Source: Candidatus Bathyarchaeota archaeon
Lineage (GTDB): Archaea > Thermoproteota > Bathyarchaeia > 40CM-2-53-6
Length of the DNA stretch: 64,000 bases
Direction of reading: 5' to 3'
Assembly (NCBI GenBank): GCA_963733055.1
Contig: CAVTBR010000002.1
Coordinates: 448,001-512,000, forward strand
Part shown: piece after piece, positions 10,524-19,748 of the stretch
Numbering within the stretch: position 1 is the stretch's first letter
How the letters are laid out: every line of letters begins with the position of its first letter
Notes under the pieces: model-generated
What the model was told of the DNA's origin: nothing
What the model saw: only the letters and a program-made list of their open reading frames with translations
Database searches by the model: none
Made by a program: the position numbers and the translations under genes

Positions 10524-12095
10524 TCACGGATGACCAGTCGTCCTTCTACCCGAACCGCTAAGACGCCGTCGCGTTACAAGAACCAGAACTAATACCGCCC
10601 CGGTTGCGACGATCATGAACCAGGCTAGATTAGACGTCGTGAACGCTACCGGCGCTTGGCCGCTCACCTGGGTTCTGACCATAGCCCATGCTCTCACTGT
10701 GCCTGCGTCGAGTCCCAGCCCGAGTACGTATTGTCCAAGCGGTGTTCTTGGAGAGACGGTAATTTCGACTTGGGCTGGATTGTTGGCGACGTCCACGAGC
10801 GACGCGCCTGGTGGAGAGAAGGTCACATTGATGTCTTGAGGGGTATATGACGGCCACGAGTAAACGTAGGTCCCGTATCCGGCGCTTTGCACATTGCTCG
10901 CCGACAAAGTCAAACTTGTTTGCCCGCCCGCTTGCAGCTGCAAGTGGTTTTCAGAGGGGCTGGCAGTGAAGGGCACCGTTTTGTTCCCGTATACCACGCC
11001 AATCTTGTTACCGCTCCATTCAGTAAACCACACGTTACCATCCGGTGCCAGGGCGATCCATAGGGCGGTGCTGATTGGACCGGTTGGAATAGCGAATTCG
11101 AACATTGTTTGGGCGGTGGGATCGAGATACCCTACGCTGTTCCCGCCATGTTCCGCGAACCATACTCTGCCGACGCCGTCTATCAAGAGGTCGTTGGGTA
11201 TTGATATTGGATAGACTTGGGGTGGGGGTTCGTGGGTTGGGTAGCGGGTTATTTGCTGGGAGGTGGAGTTGAACTTCACAATCCAATTGCCACCGTGGTC
11301 AGCCACCCAAACGATTCCGTCAGGTGTAACCGCGATCCCGACGGGGGAACCAACGTACTGCGTGGGGTCTATGGAGGAAAAATGGTACTCGTTGAACACT
11401 TTCGTCTGCAGGTTGAACGTCGCGACTGACTCGTTGTAGGCTTCTGTAAACCACAAGGTTCCATGGCTGCCGAATGTTAGGTCCGCCGGGCCCGCAAACT
11501 GCGTGGGAACAACATATTCATCAAGTTTACCAGAGAGTGGGTCATACGACCCGATCCTATTCCCTAACAGTTCAGTAAACCAGAGCCGCCCTTCGGTATC
11601 TGAAATGATTCTAAACGGGAAGGATCCTGGGGTAGGAATCGGGATGACTGTGAAATTATTGTCGCTCGAGTTGAACCTTATCAGGCGTCCATTCCCGCCC
11701 GGCTCGATCGCGCCTCCGGGGGAAACGGATCCTTTGAGAGAGTACTGTGTTAACCAAACCGCCCCACTCAGATCGACGGTTATCCCCCACATGTCTCCCA
11801 CTCCGGGAACCGCATACTCCGAGAATGTATCTGTTCTTGGATCAAACCGACCAAGCTTACTCGCATTCGACTCGGTAAACCAAACAACCCCTTCCCGATC
11901 TACGGTTAGGGCGAGTGGGGCAGAGTTAGGTGTCGGAACACTATACTCGTCTATGTACCGCGGCAAAGGGGTAGCCGCTAACCGCGGAGTGTTGAGCCAT
12001 AACCGCGCTAGACATTGTTGACATCGCAATAACGAGAATAAAGCCAACAGCAAGAGAGTAATGATTACCGAGTTGCCGATTCCTGTTATGTTGCA
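10524..12095 (-). CDS. Membrane-anchored Vgb (streptogramin lyase)-like beta-propeller protein; start uncertain
   Basis: Repeated G.(V/L)WFTE...N.IG..DP blades, C-terminal TM helix followed by RRR. Confidence 0.8.
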   Translation of the reverse strand, partial: CNITGIGNSVIITLLLLALFSLLRCQQCLARLWLNTPRLAATPLPRYIDEYSVPTPNSAPLALTVDREGVVWFTESNASKLGRFDPRTDTFSEYAVPGVGDMWGITVDLSGAVWLTQYSLKGSVSPGGAIEPGGNGRLIRFNSSDNNFTVIPIPTPGSFPFRIISDTEGRLWFTELLGNRIGSYDPLSGKLDEYVVPTQFAGPADLTFGSHGTLWFTEAYNESVATFNLQTKVFNEYHFSSIDPTQYVGSPVGIAVTPDGIVWVADHGGNWIVKFNSTSQQITRYPTHEPPPQVYPISIPNDLLIDGVGRVWFAEHGGNSVGYLDPTAQTMFEFAIPTGPISTALWIALAPDGNVWFTEWSGNKIGVVYGNKTVPFTASPSENHLQLQAGGQTSLTLSASNVQSAGYGTYVYSWPSYTPQDINVTFSPPGASLVDVANNPAQVEITVSPRTPLGQYVLGLGLDAGTVRAWAMVRTQVSGQAPVAFTTSNLAWFMIVATGAVLVLVLVTRRRLSGSGRRTTGHP

Positions 12096-12159
12096 ACGGT
12101 TAGTTGCGCCAGGAACGGAATCTCCGATGGTTAAACAAACCTTTCTGAGCCGAGGGGTC

Positions 12160-12462
12160 TTAGTAGTGTAGGCCGCAGTTCTCACAGTAGAACCGGTTGT
12201 AGGTCGGAATCTCGGTGAGCGGCGTTCCGCAACTAGAGCAGACGTAAAGGTCACCTAAGGGTTCAAGCGGCGTACCAACCATGACGAGTTCAACTTCCTC
12301 GATTTGCTCTTCCGACAAACGACAACACGAACAGTTGTAACGGGTAGGAGGTTGAAAAAGCTTTGTGGAAAAATCATGCAGGTCCGCTTCAAGCCGCGGA
12401 AGTTCACGTGGAAGAGCCTCTAACTCGCAGCGTTCTGGAAAGCTTTTCTCTTCAACAAACAC
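12160..12462 (-). CDS. Small zinc-ribbon protein; start uncertain
   Basis: C-terminal CSSCGTPLTEIPTYNRFYCENCG; GTG at 12462 avoids overlap with the tRNA. Confidence 0.5.
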   Translation of the reverse strand: MFVEEKSFPERCELEALPRELPRLEADLHDFSTKLFQPPTRYNCSCCRLSEEQIEEVELVMVGTPLEPLGDLYVCSSCGTPLTEIPTYNRFYCENCGLHY

Positions 12463-12491
12463 ATAAGGAACAGCCGTATCAGGCCTCGATA

Positions 12492-12569
12492 GGGGCCGTA
12501 GTCTAGCATGGTTATGATACGCGGCTTGGGCCCGCGAGGTCGCTGGTTCAAATCCGGCCGGCCCCACCA
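12492..12569 (+). tRNA. tRNA-Pro(TGG), CCA encoded
   Basis: GGGGCCG/CGGCCCC acceptor stem, CGCGG-CTTGGGC-CCGCG anticodon arm, GGTTCAAATCC T arm, ACCA end. Confidence 0.95.
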
Positions 12570-13589
12570 ATTTGGTCGATCGACACTGGATTCAGCGTAG
12601 GGCAATATTTGGAAACTCTCTTCGCAATTCTCCCAACTGTGTGAAGCCGTTCCGCCTTCCGTTTGATTTTCATGTCTACACTTCGCTCGAACCTTTGACG
12701 ACAGCAGTTCCGTACGTAAATTACGTGCAAAACGCGATATTTGCGATGATAGACCTTGCCGTTTCTTGGACCTATGAGTATACCGGCCTTTTTCCATGAG
12801 TTTAATGTGTAATGAATGGCCAGTCGATCGAGAGCAAGTGTTACTAACTCAACGACCTCTTTTCGCGTGTTGAAGGCCCGAATCTTGGGGTTGGACCCAG
12901 TTATTGATATCGCGCCTTCAGCGTCCCAGAAACCACCAAGAAACCAGCCGGGGTAGCTGCCAATAATTGGTTTCAACAGGTCAGGGCACGCTCTTGAGGC
13001 TAAGAGAAAATCGTATAGCATCCTGTTGTTAGCGTAGACACTGTAACGTCCGTCCTTGCGACGGGAAAGATGCAACGGTTTTTGCCGCCGCAGAGTAATT
13101 GCCATAGACTCTGCGAACGCCTGCGCGAAGTCCACATCTTTGACAATTAGCCGCGTGTAGTGTTTCCATCTCTTTTTGTATAATACTAGCGTGCCATCAC
13201 CAATCCAGGCCCCAATTCCATAAGCGAGGTGTGGACCTACAATCGGCAACACATGTCTCCGTAGCGGATCATATCGCCCCGTCAACCAATTGACGACCTC
13301 ACCCTTCCCAACGCCAACTCTCCTAGCGATAGTACCGTACCCCATCCCTGTCCTCCGTAATTCCAACACCTGCCTATGCTCTCCAATCCTTCGCCAGATG
13401 CTATGATATCTATTGTATGAGCGGTCATCCAATAATCGCGCGACCAACGCGATACCGTGGCCGCCTAGCGATTCGAGAAGATTCACGAAGGGCGACGCCT
13501 CCGATTTGTTCACCGATGAGCCAAGGAATTAAGTCATGAAGGTGCTCTCGTCCCAAGAGTCGCTGGTTCTAATCCGGCCGGCCCCACCA
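12539..13589. mobile_element. tRNA-Pro-associated element bounded by a 31-bp direct repeat of the tRNA 3' end
   Basis: GTCGCTGGTTC(A/T)AATCCGGCCGGCCCCACCA at 12539-12569 and 13559-13589 (1 mismatch) encloses one endonuclease ORF. Confidence 0.8.
12548..13513 (-). CDS. Double-motif LAGLIDADG homing endonuclease with N-terminal HTH
   Basis: LAYGIGAWIGDG and FLGGFWDAEG motifs; HTH-like GMGYGTIARRVGVGKGEVVNWL; very basic. Confidence 0.85.
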   Translation of the reverse strand: MNKSEASPFVNLLESLGGHGIALVARLLDDRSYNRYHSIWRRIGEHRQVLELRRTGMGYGTIARRVGVGKGEVVNWLTGRYDPLRRHVLPIVGPHLAYGIGAWIGDGTLVLYKKRWKHYTRLIVKDVDFAQAFAESMAITLRRQKPLHLSRRKDGRYSVYANNRMLYDFLLASRACPDLLKPIIGSYPGWFLGGFWDAEGAISITGSNPKIRAFNTRKEVVELVTLALDRLAIHYTLNSWKKAGILIGPRNGKVYHRKYRVLHVIYVRNCCRQRFERSVDMKIKRKAERLHTVGRIAKRVSKYCPTLNPVSIDQIGGAGRI

Positions 13590-13831
13590 CATCACTAATT
13601 AGTCATTGCGAATGAACCATTCACCTATTCCAAAACCTAGTTCGAGTTTTCTCGACCGGTAAGGCTGAATGTCTTGCACTCGTGTGAACCGCTCTGTCTT
13701 TCGGCATATCGTCTGGTCGTGTAGTACGCGTATCTTACTTGCCACACGCGTAGTTTGTAATGATTCGATGTGAATAATTCAAGCATACATGTTATAGGCA
13801 ACTACACGTTGTAGTTAGTTGATGAAAAAAA

Positions 13832-14602
13832 TTGGTTCGAACATTCGCGAAAACGCGTGGATATGCTATACTCGGCATTGTCCTAATCATAGCAATTATA
13901 GCGGCAGGAGCAAACAGCAACGCCGTCTTGGCTGATGCCTGCACTGCGCAATTGAGCTACCCCATCATGCCCGCAGTGTACTCTTACTCTAACGTTCCAA
14001 TCGTAGTGCCCATGTCAGCAACCTGTACCACAGCTTACGGCAACCAAATATACGCAACAGGTAACGCGTACGACGCAACGTCAAACGCCGGCTTAGGCTC
14101 GGTGAGCACAGTTCTACAATCTGTCAACGGTGGAACCAACTTCAATGGACAATTAGGGTTCAACCTCCCGACAACAACGCAAGGGCACACCGTCACGATC
14201 TCCGTTTCAGTCTACAGTAACCAATACGGCAATCTGATAACCGCAACCAGCGAAACATTTCAGGTTGTGTCAGGAAGCCAACAGGTCACTACTACCACGG
14301 TAACTCAACCGTCCCCATACCCATACCCGTATCCAAACCAATACCCAACCCAGTATCAGTATCAAAACCCCTACCCGTACCAGACTCCTCCATACTCCCA
14401 GTACCCTTCACAACAGCGTCCCTACAGAAACCAATCGCAATATCAAACTCAATACCAGAACAACTCTTCCCTACTGGGTTACGTTGCGATAGCAGCAATA
14501 CTCGCAGCCGTCATAATCGCAACAGCAGGACTAGTCATTTACGGGCGAAGGCAGCAACCCCCTATGCTAACGTGGGTTCCGCCACCTCCACCACCTCGTT
14601 AG
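13832..14602 (+). CDS. Secreted, membrane-anchored protein with P/Y/Q low-complexity linker
   Basis: Signal peptide, beta-rich domain, PYPYPNQYPTQYQ tract, C-terminal TM. Confidence 0.7.
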   Translation: MVRTFAKTRGYAILGIVLIIAIIAAGANSNAVLADACTAQLSYPIMPAVYSYSNVPIVVPMSATCTTAYGNQIYATGNAYDATSNAGLGSVSTVLQSVNGGTNFNGQLGFNLPTTTQGHTVTISVSVYSNQYGNLITATSETFQVVSGSQQVTTTTVTQPSPYPYPYPNQYPTQYQYQNPYPYQTPPYSQYPSQQRPYRNQSQYQTQYQNNSSLLGYVAIAAILAAVIIATAGLVIYGRRQQPPMLTWVPPPPPPR

Positions 14603-14841
14603 ACCTAGAATAAGACGGCACCCAAGAAATTCCCATTTCTTAGCTCCCTTTCGATAACAACAATTTTCAAACTGCCTGTGCAGCAAGGCTACTTGCCCTA
14701 TGACTTTAGAAAGCCGCAACCGCGATGCAAATTCAAGACATGCATTCTCCACTGTGGTAACGATAAGGCTAAGCTCGGGGGAGCCGGAACCAATGCTTAC
14801 TAGAGCGTAACACGTAAATTTGCCAACTATGGCGTGTAGTT

Positions 14842-15582
14842 ATGGACAAGATGCCACCGAAACCGCCGACCGGCCCAGCAGTTCAGACCATAGACGTAAC
14901 GAAAGTCTATCGAGTCGGCCATACCGATTATCCAGCCCTGAAAGGAATCAACTTGAAGATTAATAGAGGGGAGTTTGTTGCGATAATGGGCCCTTCGGGC
15001 AGCGGCAAATCCACACTCCTAAACCTGATTGGGGCACTCGACCGGCCCACTTCTGGGCGGGTAATCATTGACGGAATCGACCTTCGAAAGTTAGGCGAGG
15101 ACAGCCTTGCTCTACTCCGGAATCGCAAGCTCGGATTCGTATATCAAACGTTCAACCTGATTCAAAGGCTCACAGCAATGGAGAATGTCGAGATGCCTCT
15201 CATCTCTCGTGGCATGCCAGAAAAGATTCGAAAGAACAGATCATCAAAGATGCTAAGCGCCGTGGGTCTTGGAACCAAAGGAAACAAGCGGCCAACTGAA
15301 CTTAGCGGCGGAGAACAACAGCGAGTCGCCATCGCCAGGGCACTAGTAACCAACCCATCCCTAGTCATCGCCGACGAACCAACGGGAAACCTGGATTCGA
15401 AAACCACCAGCGAAGTAGTTGACCAGTTTGTCCAAGCGAACAAACAGTTTGGGACAACCATACTTGTTGTTACCCACAACCCGGACATCGCGGAAAGAAC
15501 TCAACACGTGATCTCGATTCGGGACGGTCTAGTCGAAAAGGAACAGTACCTTCAAAGGTTGGATTCCTATTCCTTGGGTTGA
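14842..15582 (+). CDS. ABC transporter ATP-binding protein (LolD/MacB-like)
   Basis: GPSGSGKST, LSGGEQQRVAIARAL, ADEPTGNLD. Confidence 0.95.
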   Translation: MDKMPPKPPTGPAVQTIDVTKVYRVGHTDYPALKGINLKINRGEFVAIMGPSGSGKSTLLNLIGALDRPTSGRVIIDGIDLRKLGEDSLALLRNRKLGFVYQTFNLIQRLTAMENVEMPLISRGMPEKIRKNRSSKMLSAVGLGTKGNKRPTELSGGEQQRVAIARALVTNPSLVIADEPTGNLDSKTTSEVVDQFVQANKQFGTTILVVTHNPDIAERTQHVISIRDGLVEKEQYLQRLDSYSLG

Positions 15583-16847
15583 GAAACATGCTGCTTACTG
15601 ATATGTTCAAGCTGGCAGCCAAAGCGCTGCTCGACCGGAAGATACGAAGCGTCCTAACCATTCTTGGAATAACCGTAGGGTCCGCCATAATTTTGGCATT
15701 AATTGCGAGCTCAAGCGGGCTTAGCGCGGGAATTACTGCTAACATTCAGAAGACTGGGGCAAACATACTGACTATAAGAAATGCGGGAGGTTTCTTTGAA
15801 GCTGGCTCCTCAAACACCTACCAGCTCAGTCAAACAGATATTACCTACTTGAAGAGCGTACCCGGTGTGGTTGCGGCCTATCCTTACTTCAATTATGGAG
15901 CCTCTATCCAGAACGGAGGTGCAACGCTTCAAGCTTCGGTGGTCGGAATTGATCTTTCAGCCCTCCCACTCTTGTACAATGGGTTGACCGTGGCTGAGGG
16001 CAGCATTCCTCTTTCAGGAGATACTACTTCCGCCGCGATCGGTTGGTCCATTGCAAATCCCACATCAGGAACGCCGATAGGCCTTCATCAGTTGGTTTCA
16101 ATGTCTCTTACCGGGATTAAGGGAGCCAAATCAGCGATCGCCTACTCGGTTCTTGCCAGCGCAATCCTCACCCAATACGGCACAGCTCTCTTCTCCAACA
16201 TTGACGATACAGTCTACATTTCATTTCAAGCGGCTACAATTCTTTCGAGGACTCCATACTTCAACGGAATCTACGTGGTCGTTGACAACACTGGAGATGT
16301 CGCGAACGTTCAGAATACAATTCAAACGTATTATGGAAACAATGTTCGGGTAATAAGCCCCGGACAGATTCTATCCAGCATTCAAGGAATCACAGGGCAA
16401 CTTACGCTATTCTTAGGCAGCATCGGAGCGGTGTCGTTGTTCGTGGCAACCGTTGGCATAGTCAACACAATGTACGTCTCCGTCATGGAACGCACCAGAG
16501 AAATCGGCATCCTGAAAGCATTAGGGTATCGACCAAAGCAAATCATGGGCATGTTCTTGTCAGAGGCCGCGCTAACGGGAGTAGTAGGGGGCATCTGCGG
16601 CCTAATTCTCGGATACGCACTCTCGTTCCTAATGGGCGGGTTTCTTGGAGGATTAGGAGGCGGCGGACCAAGATTTATCGGAGGCGGAGGTGGGGGAGGA
16701 TCAGCACCAAGTATTCAACCAGTCTTCTCAACAGACCTCATAATCTTCGCGCTCACATTCCCGGTTCTCCTAGCGACCATTGCAGGGCTCTACCCGGCGT
16801 GGAGAGCTTCGAGAATGAACCCGGTTGTCGCACTAAAGTACGAATAG
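15579..16847 (+). CDS. ABC transporter permease (FtsX/MacB-like)
   Basis: RSVLTILGI, VMERTREIGILKALG, GLYPAWRASRMNPVVALKYE. Confidence 0.93.
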   Translation: MRNMLLTDMFKLAAKALLDRKIRSVLTILGITVGSAIILALIASSSGLSAGITANIQKTGANILTIRNAGGFFEAGSSNTYQLSQTDITYLKSVPGVVAAYPYFNYGASIQNGGATLQASVVGIDLSALPLLYNGLTVAEGSIPLSGDTTSAAIGWSIANPTSGTPIGLHQLVSMSLTGIKGAKSAIAYSVLASAILTQYGTALFSNIDDTVYISFQAATILSRTPYFNGIYVVVDNTGDVANVQNTIQTYYGNNVRVISPGQILSSIQGITGQLTLFLGSIGAVSLFVATVGIVNTMYVSVMERTREIGILKALGYRPKQIMGMFLSEAALTGVVGGICGLILGYALSFLMGGFLGGLGGGGPRFIGGGGGGGSAPSIQPVFSTDLIIFALTFPVLLATIAGLYPAWRASRMNPVVALKYE

Positions 16848-16918
16848 ACTGACCGGTTCCCTCGATTCAATCACATCCGCGACCGGACACAGTCATCCGG
16901 AGCCAGCTCAGCGAGTAC

Positions 16919-17824
16919 CTACGGGAAGCTTGATCCGAAGAAGGTACTGAATAGGTTTCGGAGAAAGGTCAGAATTAGCCCAATTACGCTGACGCCCTGA
17001 CCTCGGCCCCCTCCAGTTTGGGACGGCTTTATCACCTGAACCTGTCCAGCGGCCCCACCCACAATTGGGATTCCTGGGCGGTTATTGTCGGTAACGGACA
17101 CCTTGACGGTGACCGTGTAGTTTCCCGGCGCGAGATTCGGATTGAAGACGATCAAAATGCTGAAAGGCCTTGGAATGTTTGGATCAATCTCTCCTAGGAA
17201 TACGCTGTTCTGCGGGCCTGAAACGATAGAGTCTGATTCAACGGTGACGTTGGCGTTGTAGGATGCTAGGTTTCCGCTGTTCAGCACATTGCCCGAGATC
17301 GTCGTATTGCCTCCCGGATTAACGGTAGATGGAGTAAACTGAATTCCGTAAACCACCAAACTGATGTACCCTGTAACCGACACCCCCAACGAGTGGCTCT
17401 CCTGAGTGTAGGAAACATCTCCCAGCTGCTTGTATGTTCCCGTAATCGTGCCTTGGTAGGAGCTGCCGGCGGCGGAGGATGGAGCGTAGACGGGGAAGGT
17501 TACGGTTACGCTTTGTCCATATTGGATTGAATCATAATGCCAATGGTTGTCGCCTTGTATGACTAGAGGTGCGGGCAGGGAGACAGCAATGTCGACATCA
17601 TAGATGGCTATGTAGCCGCTGTAGCTGTTTGCAACTGTTACAGTCATTGTGTTGTTCAAACCCGCCACCAAAGCCTGTCCGGTCACGGAGACGGTTAGGT
17701 GGGCAGCGGTTTGGGCGTGGGCCGCGTCAGGGATTTGCGTGAGCAAAGGCAGTAGCAAAACTATGATTGACAGGACTCGGCATCGCGTGGACCTCTTCAA
17801 GTCCTTACGGCTCCTGAAGTGCAT
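16919..17824 (-). CDS. Secreted beta-sandwich protein (COG1361/S-layer-like)
   Basis: Signal peptide, Ig-like T/V/S-rich strands, C-terminal amphipathic anchor; next to a MacB-like ABC system. Confidence 0.6.
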   Translation of the reverse strand: MHFRSRKDLKRSTRCRVLSIIVLLLPLLTQIPDAAHAQTAAHLTVSVTGQALVAGLNNTMTVTVANSYSGYIAIYDVDIAVSLPAPLVIQGDNHWHYDSIQYGQSVTVTFPVYAPSSAAGSSYQGTITGTYKQLGDVSYTQESHSLGVSVTGYISLVVYGIQFTPSTVNPGGNTTISGNVLNSGNLASYNANVTVESDSIVSGPQNSVFLGEIDPNIPRPFSILIVFNPNLAPGNYTVTVKVSVTDNNRPGIPIVGGAAGQVQVIKPSQTGGGRGQGVSVIGLILTFLRNLFSTFFGSSFP

Positions 17825-18776
17825 TTATTCTCTTATCGAGGGTCGGGTGCTTATCGAACAACCTGAGTAACGGGTTCGTGGCAACTGAGTCGAACAAGCA
17901 AGCGGTACCAATCGAAACGGCCGGCGCGGCGAAATAATTCTGGGATTCTCGAAGCTTCGAGAGAGCAGAGATTAGTGCGCCCCGCTCAGCAAGGTCGGCC
18001 GCCGTTCTATCCGCAAGGAACTCTCGGGCCCTGTAGACAGCAGGTTCGACTAGATGGCCGATCGGGTGTGCAAATAGTGCAACTCTGGCCGCGGTTGCGA
18101 ATGATCTTACTGCAAAATCATTATTCTTCACATGTGCCAACTCGTGCGCGAGGCAAGCATTCAGCTCGTCGGAGTTCAGTGATTCCAGCAGCCCCACCGA
18201 CACGGCCAACACGTATTCGCGCTTCGAGCGCGTGATGAAAGCAGCTGGGTCGCCTGAATCAATCAAGGTTACGTTTGGCGGAGCAATTCCCATGTTTTTG
18301 GAAAGCCTTTCCACGGAACTCGTTACTTCGGGCGGCGCGGTTTGAAAGGTCATTTCTGGAAATAGCCTTACGAGCGAAAGATGGGATTTTCTGAGTTCCA
18401 GAGACAAGGCGACACATACGGCCGCGACTGTGCCCACCGCAGCTAAGCCAACGTTCAGTGTGAAAAAGAAGGATACGAAATGCCGAACCTCCTCACCCTC
18501 GACGAATGAGGCATCGATCAGTTCGAGGTGTAACCAATTCGCGATTGACTGTAAGCTCTCGAAGAACATGATTCCTAGGACTGCGAGAAGAGCAGTAGAC
18601 TTGAAACGATACGAACGTCTTACGATGAATGCCAGGCCGAAAGCCGCGAATGTGAGACCTGGGAGAATTAACGCCGGTAACCATACGGATTGGTGAACGT
18701 TCAGGGGTGACGGGAATGGTGGAGGTCCTATCAGAAGCCACGCGAAAAACATGAGGACCCCGGGCGCATGTATCAT
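17805..18776 (-). CDS. Membrane zinc metallopeptidase (M48/M56, BlaR1/HtpX-like)
   Basis: LAHELAHVK, REFLAD and HPTLDKRI motifs; N-terminal TMs; coupled to a BlaI-like gene. Confidence 0.85.
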   Translation of the reverse strand: MIHAPGVLMFFAWLLIGPPPFPSPLNVHQSVWLPALILPGLTFAAFGLAFIVRRSYRFKSTALLAVLGIMFFESLQSIANWLHLELIDASFVEGEEVRHFVSFFFTLNVGLAAVGTVAAVCVALSLELRKSHLSLVRLFPEMTFQTAPPEVTSSVERLSKNMGIAPPNVTLIDSGDPAAFITRSKREYVLAVSVGLLESLNSDELNACLAHELAHVKNNDFAVRSFATAARVALFAHPIGHLVEPAVYRAREFLADRTAADLAERGALISALSKLRESQNYFAAPAVSIGTACLFDSVATNPLLRLFDKHPTLDKRINALQEP

Positions 18777-19201
18777 TTTGCTCCCTCACTTTTCAGCCTG
18801 TTCAGATACTTCGATATAATCTTGCGATCCTCAGGTTTGTCCGCCATCTTCTCAGCAAGGTATGCTACCGTCACATCGTTGAAACCTCGAAGCAAGGCGC
18901 CCATCACGTTATTCACAACAACGTGCTTGAAACCATCCTTAGTCAGGCGAGAGGCGTACAGATAATGGGGGCCTCCCTCTTTCACCAGTTTGCGCGTCAC
19001 AACGCCCTTCCGGTACAATCTATCCAAAATTGTAGCAACGGTTGTGACCGCAATCGAGCGGCTGCGCGAGAGCTTCTCATGAAACTCTCTGACTGAGAGA
19101 GGCGTCGGGGACTTCCATAGTTCCTGGAGCATGGCTGCTTCAAGGTCACCCAGGGCAAAGCGTATGTCTTTGTTGTTTGGGTGAAGAACTTGCAGTTTCA
19201 A
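18773..19201 (-). CDS. BlaI/MecI/CopY family transcriptional repressor
   Basis: LGDLEAAMLQELWK, AVTTVATILDRLYRKGVV motifs. Confidence 0.88.
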   Translation of the reverse strand: MKLQVLHPNNKDIRFALGDLEAAMLQELWKSPTPLSVREFHEKLSRSRSIAVTTVATILDRLYRKGVVTRKLVKEGGPHYLYASRLTKDGFKHVVVNNVMGALLRGFNDVTVAYLAEKMADKPEDRKIISKYLNRLKSEGAK

Positions 19202-19281
19202 GGGTGACCAGTTCTCGACTACCGCCTGTAGTTAGCCTTATATAAATTCGTTTCAATCTCGCGTAGCATGGTTAGATTGCG

Positions 19282-19728
19282 ATGCCAACAACCCCAATCA
19301 TAATCCCCATCATAGTCGCCGGAATTGTGTTAGGTTCGCTGCTAGTATCTCAAACTCGAAAAATCACCAAAAAGAAACTTCTAATCGCTTCTCTGGTGTC
19401 GGGCCTGCTCAACACCGGATACGCCTTCGTCCTCTACCTACTCGCTCCTCCCCCAACCTTCAACCGTGGGACCTTCACAGGTGGGACGTTTACTGGCGGA
19501 GGAACATTTACTGGTAGCTTTACTGGTGGCGGAGGATTCAGAGCCGCCGCAGGAGCGAGTTCAGAGACCTCCTTCCTGCTCTCATCGTTCGTAACCGGCT
19601 TTCTCATAGTGCTTGCAATCGTCGTGGTAGCGCTCGCCTATGTTCGTTTCAAGGGCGGCAAGTCTGAGGAAGAGACTGAAGCAGATCTAACAGATAAAAC
19701 TGAAGAAAGTAAGCTAGACGAAAACTAA
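19282..19728 (+). CDS. Hypothetical 3-TM protein with G-T-F-T repeats
   Basis: Three hydrophobic segments; GTFTGGTFTGGGTFTGSFTGGGG loop; acidic tail. Confidence 0.6.
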   Translation: MPTTPIIIPIIVAGIVLGSLLVSQTRKITKKKLLIASLVSGLLNTGYAFVLYLLAPPPTFNRGTFTGGTFTGGGTFTGSFTGGGGFRAAAGASSETSFLLSSFVTGFLIVLAIVVVALAYVRFKGGKSEEETEADLTDKTEESKLDEN

Positions 19729-19748
19729 GTTCCACCCTGGCTTTTCTA

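Noticed and set aside
12420-12799. ORFs overlapping tRNA-Pro and the endonuclease in other frames
   Set aside because: Shadow ORFs with no recognisable motifs
13559-13589. Possible split-tRNA half
   Set aside because: It copies the 3' end of the adjacent intact tRNA and no complementary leader or BHB partner is visible; better explained as an att-like duplication
14300-14460. Short DNA repeats (CCCATAC/CCAATA)
   Set aside because: They encode a P/Y/Q low-complexity linker; no repeat-spacer structure, so not CRISPR
13658-14750. Possible TIR cassette around the 13832 gene (GGTAAGGCTGAATGTC...)
   Set aside because: Only weak end similarity and no 8-bp TSD found
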